This document shows positions 35,772 through 46,037 of a stretch of 56,281 bases of DNA, piece by piece. Position numbers and translations under genes: made by a program. Position 1 is the stretch's first letter, and each line of letters opens with the position of its first letter. Under the pieces are notes generated by a model. It was not told the DNA's origin and made no database searches. It saw nothing but the letters and a program-made list of their open reading frames with translations. Origin of the DNA: Desulfovibrio sp. OttesenSCG-928-A18 (GTDB taxonomy: Bacteria > Desulfobacterota > Desulfovibrionia > Desulfovibrionales > Desulfovibrionaceae); NCBI GenBank assembly GCA_030267245.1, contig JAJDJN010000001.1:1-56281 (forward strand). The letters run 5' to 3'.

Positions 35772-37273
35772 TGTTAGAAGGCAGTAAAGGGGAGACAGTA
35801 ATTATCGAGCCCGGAAAAGCTGTCAATCGGGATGTCGTAGCTCTGGACCGAGCCACGCGCCGGAGAAAAGACGAGAACGGATTTTTGCATGTTGCCCTAT
35901 CTCACATCAGCAAGGAGACAGTGAATCCCTACTACGGCAGCGAGATACCAGGCGGTGCTGAGTTCGGGCTTGACCCTGGGCGGATCTACCGCGGCTATCG
36001 CAAGGGTTCCGAATTGGCCAAGGCGGCGGCTACTTTCAACGGCCTTCCCCTGCTGATGGGGCATCATGAGGAAAGCGCCGAAGAGCCACAAAAAGAATAC
36101 CGGGTCGGATCCCTGGGAACCGATGCTGTTTTCCGTGCTCCTTATCTGGATAACTCTCTAGTCATTACGGACGCCGGGGCAATCAGGTCTATCGAATCCG
36201 GCAATACTGTGGAGCTTTCCAGTGCTTATCGTTACGACCCCGTTTTTGAATCCGGAGAGTTTAACGGAGAACATTATGATTTTATCATGACCAACATACG
36301 CGGCAATCACGTCGCGCTTGTGGAAGAGGGGCGGGCTGGCCCCGATGTGGCAGTGGCTGACGGACAAATAGTACACAAATCCCCGAAGAGGAAAACGATC
36401 ATGGGAAAATTGCAAGATTTGGCGAAGAGACTACTCGCCAAGGGAGGCCTCGCAGCTGACGAGGCCGATGTGGTGGAAGCGGCGGAAAAGCTTGTGGAAG
36501 CAATTGGTGAGGAAGTGACGGAACAGGCCCTGGTGGGTGGCCCCGCAGGCTTTGACGAAGAAGCGGCAAAGATCTTGGCGGATAACAATCTGGACGAGGC
36601 CGGAAAGATCGGAGCCCTAAAAAAGCTGGCAGAAGGCTTGGGCGGACAACGTGACAAGGAAGAAAAGGCGACAGGCGACCAACCTGTGGGCGCCCCTCCC
36701 GATAGCCCGGCTACCAAAGGCGATATCTCAGCCGAGTGCGTGGAAAAGATGAAGACGGCTGGTCTTGACCCCACTGATGCCTCGACAGTCAAGGCCTTCA
36801 TGGCCGGGCTGAGCGCGGGCGGGAGCGCGACGGACAACGGACCGGACGGCAAGGTCAAAGACGAAAGCACTGATCCCAAGGCCAAGGATAATGGCCCCGG
36901 TTCTGAACAAAAGGCCCAGGACAAGGCTCTGACCGCCAAGGATGCGGCCTTAATACGGGAACAGGCCAAACAGGAGGCGGCCGGTGAGGCCAAGGCCCAC
37001 TTGCGCAGCCTGTCCGATGCGGCTCGCTATGTGCGCGATCTGTGTGGGGAGCTGGATCCATTCGCATTCGATTCGGCGGGCGATATATATCGTCACGCCT
37101 TGAAGCAGGCCGGGAGAAACGTGAACACGCGCGACGAGTCCGCTCTCAAGGACATGGTATCTATGGCCGTAGACGCGCGGGCGCAGGCCATGTCCATTCC
37201 CTCGCCTGCTTTTCCCAGCGGGAAGATGGAAGGACCTTTTGCCGGGCTCTCCCGCATCATAATTCAACAGTAA
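35768..37273 (+). CDS. DUF2213 prohead protease/scaffold
   Basis: ELSSAY, IRGNHVALVEEGRAG; low-complexity C-terminus. Confidence 0.88.
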   Translation: MMLEGSKGETVIIEPGKAVNRDVVALDRATRRRKDENGFLHVALSHISKETVNPYYGSEIPGGAEFGLDPGRIYRGYRKGSELAKAAATFNGLPLLMGHHEESAEEPQKEYRVGSLGTDAVFRAPYLDNSLVITDAGAIRSIESGNTVELSSAYRYDPVFESGEFNGEHYDFIMTNIRGNHVALVEEGRAGPDVAVADGQIVHKSPKRKTIMGKLQDLAKRLLAKGGLAADEADVVEAAEKLVEAIGEEVTEQALVGGPAGFDEEAAKILADNNLDEAGKIGALKKLAEGLGGQRDKEEKATGDQPVGAPPDSPATKGDISAECVEKMKTAGLDPTDASTVKAFMAGLSAGGSATDNGPDGKVKDESTDPKAKDNGPGSEQKAQDKALTAKDAALIREQAKQEAAGEAKAHLRSLSDAARYVRDLCGELDPFAFDSAGDIYRHALKQAGRNVNTRDESALKDMVSMAVDARAQAMSIPSPAFPSGKMEGPFAGLSRIIIQQ

Positions 37274-37288
37274 GGAGGGCGGAACATC

Positions 37289-37759
37289 ATGAGCCTGCAG
37301 TCACAGGTATACACATCAATTGCCATAGGAGCCCCGGGCGCGAAAGCGGATCTGAATGTTTTTGATTATTACCCCCAGAGCCTGGCGGCGGAAGAGGATG
37401 TTGCAGCTGGCACCTTTGTTTGGGCCGGAAGCGACCCCGAACGATTGGCCGGGTATGGCGGAAGTGGCGAACCTTTGGGGTTTGTAGAACGGAATATAGT
37501 GTACCCCAACTACGATGTAGATGGAGAAGGCACAATGATTATCCATGAAGGTGAAACCCTGACCATCGCCACATGTGGGTGCTTTTATGCTGTGGCGGAT
37601 ACGGACGCCGCCGTGGGACAGGCGGTATTCGCCTTCACGGCCAACGGGTCAATCACCGTGAATGATCCCGGGGCGACGGTGGCCGATGCGGTGGAAACGG
37701 GGTGGAAAGTCATTACCGCCGGCGAAGCCGGTGAAACCATCATCATCAAGCGGAGTTGA
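37289..37759 (+). CDS. Capsid decoration/cement protein
   Basis: Size and position before the major capsid gene. Confidence 0.7.
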   Translation: MSLQSQVYTSIAIGAPGAKADLNVFDYYPQSLAAEEDVAAGTFVWAGSDPERLAGYGGSGEPLGFVERNIVYPNYDVDGEGTMIIHEGETLTIATCGCFYAVADTDAAVGQAVFAFTANGSITVNDPGATVADAVETGWKVITAGEAGETIIIKRS

Positions 37760-37764
37760 GCGTC

Positions 37765-38781
37765 ATGAGTAAAAATATCACCTTTGACCAAGCCGCACAG
37801 TATGGCTTCACTTTCCCGGGTGCGCGAGATTGGATCGCCAAGGATAGGCTGAACCAGCTCGCGCGCGACGCGGCCCTTATCACCACGCCCAACACCTCCG
37901 TGCCGGTTGAGCTCTTGGCCTACATAGACCCCCGGGTGGTGGAGATACTTACAGCCCCTCGCCGGGCCAGGGAAGTCTTTTCCGAATCAAGAAAGGGGGA
38001 CTGGACAACCCCTTACGCCAAGTGGCGCGTGGATGAAATGACCGGGCGAACCCAGGGTTATTCAGACTTTGCCGACAATGGCGTATCCGATGTGAACAGC
38101 AACTGGAAGGCGCGTCAACAGTATGTTTTCCAGACTACTATCCAATATGGGGATTTGGAAACCGCCATGTCCGGAGTGGCCAGGATCAATCTGGCCGCAT
38201 CCAAGCAGGCGGCCGCGTCCACCATATTGGATATCGACGCAAACAGGTTTTATCTGCTTGGGGTAGAAGGGCGGGAGATATATGGGATTTTGAACGATCC
38301 GGATCTGCCGCCCTCCATTACCCCACTGCCGGGAGGTGGCGGGGGCCTGGCCTGGAGCGGAAAAACAACGGTGGAAAAGTATAATGATGTGCTGGCCCTG
38401 TTCCGACAGCTCGCCCTGCAATCAGCCGGGCTGATTGATCGCAATACGTCGATTATCCTGCTCCTCTCCCCGGAGATGGAGGTAGAGCTGGGGGCAGCCA
38501 CGAACTTCAACGTGTCCGTGCTTGATATGATCAACAAGTACTTCGCCAGCATCAAGATCGTTGCTCTGCCCGAGTTGTCCAGCGCGACAGCGGGACAGAC
38601 TATGATCATGATAGCTCCGGAAGTGGCCGGGCAACGCACGGCCGAGCTCGGGTTCGGTGAAAAGGTACGAGCCGGACGTGTGGTTCTGGAGTTGTCTTCC
38701 ATGAAACAGAAGTGGGTATCGTCTACCTATGGCGGTATTGTGCTTCAGCCTTTTGCCTTTGCCTCCATGCTCGGCATTTAA
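37765..38781 (+). CDS. Major capsid protein (DUF2184 type)
   Basis: YIDPRVVEIL, KGDW, YGILNDP. Confidence 0.85.
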   Translation: MSKNITFDQAAQYGFTFPGARDWIAKDRLNQLARDAALITTPNTSVPVELLAYIDPRVVEILTAPRRAREVFSESRKGDWTTPYAKWRVDEMTGRTQGYSDFADNGVSDVNSNWKARQQYVFQTTIQYGDLETAMSGVARINLAASKQAAASTILDIDANRFYLLGVEGREIYGILNDPDLPPSITPLPGGGGGLAWSGKTTVEKYNDVLALFRQLALQSAGLIDRNTSIILLLSPEMEVELGAATNFNVSVLDMINKYFASIKIVALPELSSATAGQTMIMIAPEVAGQRTAELGFGEKVRAGRVVLELSSMKQKWVSSTYGGIVLQPFAFASMLGI

Positions 38782-38845
38782 ACCTGAACAGAAGCGGGTT
38801 TTGCCTTAATGTCAAAGCTCGCTTCACCATAAAAGGGTAAACGAC

Positions 38846-39280
38846 ATGACGACGAAAAAAAAGAAGAAGAATGACACGGTTGAGGTCAAGACAACGACGG
38901 ATACAGGGATGACACAAACTGTTGGCTCGTCGGGGGCCGTCACGGTGGCATACAATTCCGTGCGGGGTATCACCTTTGCCCTGGGCGATAAGCGTATCCT
39001 GATCAGGGGCAGTTCCTCGCATCTGGTAGGAAAGGAAAAGGGGATAATTCCTGTGGGCCGGTATGGATATACCCGGGTCGCAGTTGATGAATGGGAAGCG
39101 ATAAAAAAGGAATATGGCGAAATGTCCATCTTCAAGAACGGCCTCATTTTCGCGGAAAAAAGCAGTGATCGAGCCGAGGACAGGGCTATGGAGCAAGCGG
39201 AATTGCGCCATGGCCTTGAGCCGGTGAATGCAGAAACGGCAAAGACCGAAGCGACGGACCTGAGCACGGTCGGAGTGTAG
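38846..39280 (+). CDS. Virion/head-associated hypothetical protein
   Basis: Slot after the capsid gene; IFKNGLIFA...GLEP. Confidence 0.6.
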   Translation: MTTKKKKKNDTVEVKTTTDTGMTQTVGSSGAVTVAYNSVRGITFALGDKRILIRGSSSHLVGKEKGIIPVGRYGYTRVAVDEWEAIKKEYGEMSIFKNGLIFAEKSSDRAEDRAMEQAELRHGLEPVNAETAKTEATDLSTVGV

Positions 39281-39284
39281 TACA

Positions 39285-39707
39285 GTGGCCGTGGTTGTGT
39301 TTGCCCCCGAAGATTTTCGGCAGGACTTCCCACAGTTTGCTGACCCCGCAGTCTTTACGGGCCGGAGACTACAAGGGGCTTTTAATGCCGCATGTCTGAT
39401 CCTCGATAACTCCGAAGCGTCTCCTGTGCCATATGACCCAACCAAGGGTCAAACAGCACGGGAGACGCTTTTATATCATCTGACATGTCATATTCTGACT
39501 ATGGCATTGTGGGGAGAGGCGGGGCAGTCCGGTCCGGTAAACAGCGCAAGCGAGGGCAGTGTCTCGGCAAGTTTTGCTACAGCGCAACTGTCGGATAAAT
39601 CCTATTTTCTGGAAACGCCGTGTGGGCGCACTTTTTGGCAGATGCTGGCCATGTATCGTGTGGGCGGGCGCTATTGCGCGGTGAAACATCATCATCCCTG
39701 GGGATAA
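39285..39707 (+). CDS. Head-tail adaptor (DUF4054 type)
   Basis: FRQDFPQF, SASEGSVS, TPCGRTFW. Confidence 0.8.
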   Translation: MAVVVFAPEDFRQDFPQFADPAVFTGRRLQGAFNAACLILDNSEASPVPYDPTKGQTARETLLYHLTCHILTMALWGEAGQSGPVNSASEGSVSASFATAQLSDKSYFLETPCGRTFWQMLAMYRVGGRYCAVKHHHPWG

Positions 39708-39709
39708 GA

Positions 39710-40231
39710 ATGTCTGTTACTGTCACCATTGACGGCGGCTCTCTATCCAGGCTTAAGGGCAGGCTGAAGGAGTTACTGAAAGACCCAAGCCCAGGAGTGA
39801 AGATAGGAGTCATGGAAGGCACCACGTATTCAGAGGGCCCGCTGGCCGGCGAAAGTGTTGCCGTGAACTTGGCCCGACATGAATTCGGCACCGAGGATAT
39901 CCCGGCCCGGGCTCCCCTAAGAAGAACAGTCGAGGCCCAAAAAAGAGATTGGGCCAAGGCCGGGGCCAGTTATCTATCGGATTTTGCGTCCTCCGGGAAG
40001 GATATTCGCGTGGCCTTGATACAGGTAGGAGAGGTGGCAGCAATGGATATTCAACAGGCCTTCGAGGACGGACTCTCCCCTCCGTTACAGGAAGCCACGA
40101 TCAGGCGTAAGGAAAAGATGGGGTATGCGGCCCATGCCAGCAAGCCGGTTATTCTAACCGGGCAATCACAACGCGCCATAACAGCCGAATATGCTCCGGA
40201 TATCAAGGCTGTCACAAAGGGGGTTATATAA
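39710..40231 (+). CDS. Neck/tail completion protein
   Basis: HEFGT...IPARAPLR...KPVILTG. Confidence 0.7.
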   Translation: MSVTVTIDGGSLSRLKGRLKELLKDPSPGVKIGVMEGTTYSEGPLAGESVAVNLARHEFGTEDIPARAPLRRTVEAQKRDWAKAGASYLSDFASSGKDIRVALIQVGEVAAMDIQQAFEDGLSPPLQEATIRRKEKMGYAAHASKPVILTGQSQRAITAEYAPDIKAVTKGVI

Positions 40232-40674
40232 TGTCAGCCGGGCTAAATTTGCACGCTGTGGTCCGGGGAGCCATCTCCCGCCTACATCCAGAGCTGCCCG
40301 CCACCCTTTATCGTAGCATCGGGCAGAGGGTGGACGATGGAGGATCTGTTAAAAGCGTTTATGCTCAGGGGACAATGATCATGGTCCAAATACAGTCCGA
40401 GGGGGCGACTGCCTTGTATCATGCCGACCGGGTGGGCATGGAGGAGATAACGCGCAAGTTATATTTGTTTTCCGCCTCAGGATTAAGGGAGAGGGTAGCG
40501 GGTATTGTGCGCCCCATGTCGCGCGGTGGAGACATGTTGCAACTGGAGGATGGTACATGGTGGCTGGTGGACGCGGTGATAGAGGACTTTACGCGTTCCG
40601 GCTGGGCCAGTGTGCGGGCAACCTTGCAGGTCAGGGCTGCGGATTTTTCGGCCTCCGATTGGTGGAAGGGTTGA
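40231..40674 (+). CDS. Head closure/collar protein
   Basis: LNLHAVVRGAI...GGD...WLVDAVIE. Confidence 0.7.
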   Translation: MSAGLNLHAVVRGAISRLHPELPATLYRSIGQRVDDGGSVKSVYAQGTMIMVQIQSEGATALYHADRVGMEEITRKLYLFSASGLRERVAGIVRPMSRGGDMLQLEDGTWWLVDAVIEDFTRSGWASVRATLQVRAADFSASDWWKG

Positions 40675-40743
40675 CGGAGTCTGAAGAGGATGGGCCGAGC
40701 GGGAAGCCTAGCCGGCGCCACGCGCCCGGCCCTCATTAGAGCG

Positions 40744-41358
40744 CTACTTAATCGCCGCGCAAATCCTGCGTACCGCCTGGAGCATAAAATATCCAGTGCC
40801 ACAAGCGCTCTTGGCAGCCGCCGCGTTCGCGCTGGCCGCGTCGATGAGTGCTTTGTTGCGGTTGTATACGCTCACGAGGATGCCGCTGGGCCGGGCGAAC
40901 AGATGAAGCCTGACGCACAGAGCTTCGATCTTCTTTTCGATGTCCAGAATATCCCGCTCCATTTCGGCGAAATTGTCCGAAAGATAGGGGGAGTCTTCGG
41001 GAGTCGGCGCGGGAAGGGCCTTTTGTTTGGGCTTGACATTAAACGTGCCGGTCTTGCGGATGGCGGGGAGGACTTCGGAAGCAACCCAGTTGGTGAAGGC
41101 GTCGGCCTCGGGTTTGTTGCTGCGGAAGGCAAGTTTGTAGACGGCGGGTTCGGAGACCATAACCGTTTGCTGGTCGCCTCTCCGATGGGTCGTGAGTTTT
41201 ACGACCCTTTGCCAAGCATCAGGAAAACCACGGAGAATCTTCCGGCCGCTCCAAGAAATACTAAGAGCGCGGCAGACATCAATTGCAGCAAACCATGTTT
41301 CATTGTTTTCGGTGAATGTGCGTACCTGGTGAGACTGGTAAGCGAAGATTTGGGACAT
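40744..41358 (-). CDS. ant: BRO-N domain antirepressor
   Basis: WFAAIDVCRAL, VSEPAVYKLAFRSNKPEA, WVASEVLPAIRKTG. Confidence 0.9.
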   Translation of the reverse strand: MSQIFAYQSHQVRTFTENNETWFAAIDVCRALSISWSGRKILRGFPDAWQRVVKLTTHRRGDQQTVMVSEPAVYKLAFRSNKPEADAFTNWVASEVLPAIRKTGTFNVKPKQKALPAPTPEDSPYLSDNFAEMERDILDIEKKIEALCVRLHLFARPSGILVSVYNRNKALIDAASANAAAAKSACGTGYFMLQAVRRICAAIK

Positions 41359-41365
41359 GATGCCT

Positions 41366-41616
41366 CCGAGGTGAACTTTTCAGGTTCGAGAAGGCAATCC
41401 CCCCGATGGGAATTGCCGGACGCTGAAAACAGCCCTCGGAGCTGCGGACTATCTCCCCAGAAGGGTATTGTACTTCGCCCACGCCCGGCAAATATGGCAA
41501 GAATTTTACCCGGATGTCGGGCAAAAGAAAAGGCCATTCTGACGGGTGGCGTGGCCGCCGAGGTCGGTGTTTTCAGCACCTGAAACGACCACGCCATAAA
41601 ACGCGGACAATGTCAA
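41366..41616 (-). ncRNA. c4-like antisense RNA/leader controlling ant
   Basis: CCGAGG...TTTTCAG (41439-41423) is complementary to two targets, 41558-41576 and 41366-41383 (beside the ant RBS); TTGACA at 41616-41611. Confidence 0.7.
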
Positions 41617-41657
41617 GTTGAAGAGTGTCAGAATCGAGAGAAATATAGGAGAGACAA

Positions 41658-42746
41658 TTATTCCCGCTTGTCGTAATACCCGATAACGGCCCGCAGTTCG
41701 GTGCTATATTTATAGATGTCTGACAACCTATCCAATTTGTGTTTTGTCCCATTTTTTTCCGCGTCAAAGGTTTCCAGATACTTGACCGAGGCAGCATTAA
41801 AATGCATCCGGCAAATGGGCTTTGTGTTTTTGTTATCAAGGAGGATGCCGCAATAACTGATAGTGTCGCGCATGATCACCCTGTCTGGGTTGACAACCTT
41901 GCTCATGATGGCGCGTACAATATGATAACCTTCGATCTCCTCCTGGGTGGTGATAATGCGGTTTTCTCGCTCCGGAGCTTCTGTGGCGCATTCTTCGCCA
42001 GTGGTTTCGGGCTGGACTCCAGGATAGGCGTTAAGTAGCATTGCCCCCTGCAAGCGGGCGTTAAGTACGCTGTTGATGTGATTTTCAAAGGACAGTTTGA
42101 TGCGAGGGCGGAAGTCGTCGATAATATTGGCTCTGAGCAACCCATCGTATACCTGACGGGCGAAAAGTCTGACAAGATCATCTGAGGGATTTTCTAATTC
42201 TGAAGACACGATCTTTTTCAACTGTCCAAGGTACTTTAGCTCCTGAGCCGCGGACAGAGCTGTATCCAGATCAAAGCAGTCATTGCACAGTTTTTTTAGC
42301 TCGGGGATCATGGCCTCATCCATGTCCAAAAAGTCAAAGATCATGAATGGTTTTTTGTCCATGACGTTTGGGTTGTCCAAGTCGGTATAGAATTTATATA
42401 CCACGCCATCGGTAAGGATGGCGATCTTGACCGGAAGAAGGCTTTGAAAATATTGTTGCAGTTGTCCTTCCCTGGCTCCATCCAGGGGGTCTCCGACCTT
42501 TTTCGCCTCGATGATGACCACGATATCGTCACCGCGCTTGATGGCGTAATCCACCTTACATTCCTTTTTACCCCCGAAGTCCGCGCAGTATTCGGGAATT
42601 ACTACGCGAGGATTAATCGGGTCGTAGCCGAGTAATTGCAGGAAAGGGACGATGAGGGCCATCTTGGTGGCTTCCTCGGTGAGGGCATGGGCCTTATGCT
42701 CTTCCACGCGCCGAGAGTGGGCTTTGACAGCATCGGTGAATTCCAT
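41658..42746 (-). CDS. Stand-alone HsdR-N (PD-(D/E)xK) nuclease domain protein
   Basis: TEEATK...PFLQLLGY...KVDYAI...IEAK...QLQQY...LTDG; no motor domain. Confidence 0.82.
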   Translation of the reverse strand: MEFTDAVKAHSRRVEEHKAHALTEEATKMALIVPFLQLLGYDPINPRVVIPEYCADFGGKKECKVDYAIKRGDDIVVIIEAKKVGDPLDGAREGQLQQYFQSLLPVKIAILTDGVVYKFYTDLDNPNVMDKKPFMIFDFLDMDEAMIPELKKLCNDCFDLDTALSAAQELKYLGQLKKIVSSELENPSDDLVRLFARQVYDGLLRANIIDDFRPRIKLSFENHINSVLNARLQGAMLLNAYPGVQPETTGEECATEAPERENRIITTQEEIEGYHIVRAIMSKVVNPDRVIMRDTISYCGILLDNKNTKPICRMHFNAASVKYLETFDAEKNGTKHKLDRLSDIYKYSTELRAVIGYYDKRE

Positions 42747-42764
42747 AAAGGGGACTCCTTTGGG

Positions 42765-43499
42765 TTATTCTGTTAAGCTGAACTCGGAGAGGGGAACGCG
42801 CTTGCCGTCGATGAGGGCCGTTTCTTCATCAGCAATGATGACGCCGTCAACTAGGACCGATTGCATGACAAAGCCCCGTGCCTGGCCCTTTATGGTAATT
42901 TTTGATCCCTTTTTTATCTTGCGAAGATAGGGATCTTTGGTGTCCACATAGATTTGCACCCCATGAAGACCCGTCTTGCCAACACCTACATTGATATAGG
43001 GTTTTCCAAGGGGATCCTTGGAGACCTGTTGAACCGTTATATACATGATGATCGTTTTGCCTTTAAAATCATCGTCCGCGACAACTTCATTATCGGAATA
43101 TGCGGCGTACAGGTTTTTGGGGGATATTCGATAGCCCAGGGAGGTTGTGACGAGTTTTCCTCGCAGTTGTGCTTTTTCCCCTGTCAGTTCGAGGAATGGG
43201 ACCGCGTCATTGTTTTTGCCTTTTTTTATTTCTCCAAAAGCCCTCGCTCCGTCTTCGGGCTTTTTACCTTCATCGTACAAGACGAATTGAAATTGCTCGA
43301 CATCCAGTTTGGCAAAGACCTCTTCCATTTGGCTGAGTATGGTGTCTTTATCCAACGGCACATCTGGAATATTGCCAGTGATTTCTAGCAAGGCGTATCG
43401 TTCCGGTATGGAGACAGTGATATTGCCGGTTACCGCCAAAGCCAGATGGGGTGATAGGGCAAACACGAACAAGAAAGAAAGTAACGCCCGCTTCATCAT
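42765..43499 (-). CDS. Exported OB-fold (tRNA_anti-like) protein
   Basis: Signal peptide; LYAAYSDNEVVADDDFKGK...KKGSKITIKG. Confidence 0.75.
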   Translation of the reverse strand: MMKRALLSFLFVFALSPHLALAVTGNITVSIPERYALLEITGNIPDVPLDKDTILSQMEEVFAKLDVEQFQFVLYDEGKKPEDGARAFGEIKKGKNNDAVPFLELTGEKAQLRGKLVTTSLGYRISPKNLYAAYSDNEVVADDDFKGKTIIMYITVQQVSKDPLGKPYINVGVGKTGLHGVQIYVDTKDPYLRKIKKGSKITIKGQARGFVMQSVLVDGVIIADEETALIDGKRVPLSEFSLTE

Positions 43500-43897
43500 C
43501 AATCCTCCCGATACAGGTTGATATGTATAAGCAATCATTAACCGATGGATATCGCTGGATCAAGGGGGAAAGTTTTTTGCAAAATACTTTGATAATACCG
43601 CTTGCTCCGTAACCTTGTTCTGTTATATAAACATCAAACAACTTATTTGTTCGTCCTTCTCGTAGGAGACCAGCCCGTCTTCTGCCAACACGGCGCACTA
43701 GCGCGAAGCCTACACCCTGCACCCTGAAAAGGGCATCTGGCGCGGGCTTTTTGTGTTTACGGCAGAGAGAGCATGACGGACATTCACGCCTCCCCCACTC
43801 CCCTTGCGGCATTCACGCCGTTTCATCTCTTCACGCTCGCGCGGGTGTGCTGGCCGATGTGTTTCTTTGTTTGTTACCGCAAGCAAGGAGGCATGAT

Positions 43898-44485
43898 ATG
43901 AGCCAAGCCGATATAGCGCGTCCATCGGATCCCGCATCTATTTTAGAAAGCAATGTTTATAGTGCATGCAAAGCCTTTGTCTTGGCCTATGCTCTGCCGG
44001 CCATGTCTCCGCATTGCGTGATTGAGGGATGGCAGAATCGGACCTCGTTGCCGGCGGATGTGAACGAATATGCCGTGATCAGTATATTGCACGACAAGCA
44101 GCATGGAACTGCCGTTGAAGAATATACCTGGGATTCGAGCTCTCCCGATGAGGTGGGACGCCTTGAGGTCAAGGGGTTGATCGAACTAGCCGTGCAAGTG
44201 GATTTTTGCGCCGAAAATGACAGTGCAAGACAACGGGCGCGTAGACTGGCAATTATAACCAGATCCAGCATTGGCGCACAGTTTTTTAACGAATGCGGGA
44301 TGTCCTCACTGTATGCAGATGATGCACGGGATATCTCTTTCACGGGTGACGCGCGACAGTTTGTACGCCGATGGACAACTACCCTGCATTTAACTCTGGA
44401 CCAAGGAATAAGCGCTAATTTCGAAGCTTTTGATAAAGCGCTGATATCGAGACTTGAAGACGTGGATGCCCACCATAAAGCCTGA
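43898..44485 (+). CDS. Neck/tail terminator protein
   Basis: RBS AAGGAGG; VQVDF...LYADD...RW; precedes the sheath gene. Confidence 0.7.
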   Translation: MSQADIARPSDPASILESNVYSACKAFVLAYALPAMSPHCVIEGWQNRTSLPADVNEYAVISILHDKQHGTAVEEYTWDSSSPDEVGRLEVKGLIELAVQVDFCAENDSARQRARRLAIITRSSIGAQFFNECGMSSLYADDARDISFTGDARQFVRRWTTTLHLTLDQGISANFEAFDKALISRLEDVDAHHKA

Positions 44486-44517
44486 GGCGGCAAGCATCTA
44501 TAAGGAGTATTGTATAA

Positions 44518-46026
44518 ATGGCCATTCCCGCATCGCATATAGTCAAGGTGCTGCCCCGCGTCATCAGGGCGGGCAGTTCAGACCTTGAACTGAACGGGCT
44601 GCTACTGTCGGACAATCCGATAATATCCGCGTCCACCATGGCCCTGGAGTTTCCCAGCGCCGCGTCGGTGGGGGATTATTTCGGGATCGGGTCCGTGGAG
44701 CATGAGGCGGCGGACGTGTACTTCGCCGGCTATGACAACAAATTCACCGCGCCCAGGGCTTTTTTTGTGGCCAGGCGCATAGCTGCCGACGCCCCGGCCT
44801 GGCTGCGCGGGGGCAGGGTAAATCGTACCCTGCAGCAATTGAAGGCCGTAAGCAATGGCGGCCTGACCATCAGCATAGACCATACCGCCTATGCGATCAG
44901 CGGCGTGAACCTGGCCGGAGCGGCCAGTTACAGCGCTGTGGCGGAGACGCTGCAAACGGCCATCAGAGGCGTTGTGGGCGCCGGGGCCGTTAGCGTCACC
45001 TACTCCAGCCTCACCGGGGCCTTTACCATCACCAGCGCCACGGCCGGGGAGGATTCCGAAGTGGGCTTTGCTTCGGCCCCGGGCGCCGGCCAGGATCTGG
45101 CCGGGATGCTGAACCTGAGCGAAAGCCTGGGTGCCGTGCAGTCGGCGGGCATGAACGCCCTGACCGTGCCGGAGCAGATGGCCAGGATCCGGGCCAGGAC
45201 CGAGAACTGGGTGACCTTCAGCACCGCATGGGAGGAAACGCCCGAGCTGATGCTGGAATGGGCGGCCTGGGCCAATGACAACTACGGCTGGCTGTATGTG
45301 CCCTATACCACGGCCCCGGCCACGCTGCTGGCCGACTCCACGGCCGATCCGGCCAGTCTGATCAAGGGCGCGGGCTATGACCATACGGCCATAGTCTACG
45401 GAAGCCTGGAATACGCAGCCTTCATCATGGGCGTGGTGGCCTCGGTGGCCTGGCAGCGGATCAACGGCACTATCACGGCGGCTTTCAAGCGCCAGTCCGG
45501 CCTTGCGCCCATGGTCACGGACGAAGGAACGGCCGCGATCCTGGAAAGCAAGAATTGCAACTACTTCGGCAATTTTGCCACCAGAAATGCCGAGTTCGTA
45601 TTCCTGTATCCGGGCTGCCTGTCGGTCTCCGATTACGGCTTCATCGACCCGTACATTAACGCGATCTGGCTGAACAACCGCCTGCAGGTGGCCCTGATGG
45701 ACGGCATCAGCTCGGCCGGGCGGGTGCCCTACAACCAGCGCGGTTACACCATGATCGCGGCCTGGATGATGGACCCGGTGAACGCGGCCAGGAACAATGC
45801 GGCCATCGAAGCGGGCGTGACCCTGTCCGAACGGCAGAAGTCGGAACTGATGAACGAAGCCGGGCTGGATATATCGGATGAACTGTGGACCCAGGGCTAC
45901 TATATCCAGATCCTGGACCCGGGGGCCTCCGTGCGCGCGCAGCGGGGAACCCCGATCATATCCCTGTGGTACACCTACGGCGGCGCGGTGCAAAAAATTG
46001 AAGTGGCCAGTACGGCCGTACTTTAG
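44518..46026 (+). CDS. Tail sheath protein (DUF3383 type)
   Basis: MAIPASHIVKVLP, VGDYFG, AFKRQSGL, PYNQRG, WYTYGGAVQK. Confidence 0.9.
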   Translation: MAIPASHIVKVLPRVIRAGSSDLELNGLLLSDNPIISASTMALEFPSAASVGDYFGIGSVEHEAADVYFAGYDNKFTAPRAFFVARRIAADAPAWLRGGRVNRTLQQLKAVSNGGLTISIDHTAYAISGVNLAGAASYSAVAETLQTAIRGVVGAGAVSVTYSSLTGAFTITSATAGEDSEVGFASAPGAGQDLAGMLNLSESLGAVQSAGMNALTVPEQMARIRARTENWVTFSTAWEETPELMLEWAAWANDNYGWLYVPYTTAPATLLADSTADPASLIKGAGYDHTAIVYGSLEYAAFIMGVVASVAWQRINGTITAAFKRQSGLAPMVTDEGTAAILESKNCNYFGNFATRNAEFVFLYPGCLSVSDYGFIDPYINAIWLNNRLQVALMDGISSAGRVPYNQRGYTMIAAWMMDPVNAARNNAAIEAGVTLSERQKSELMNEAGLDISDELWTQGYYIQILDPGASVRAQRGTPIISLWYTYGGAVQKIEVASTAVL

Positions 46027-46037
46027 GGGGTGCAGAC

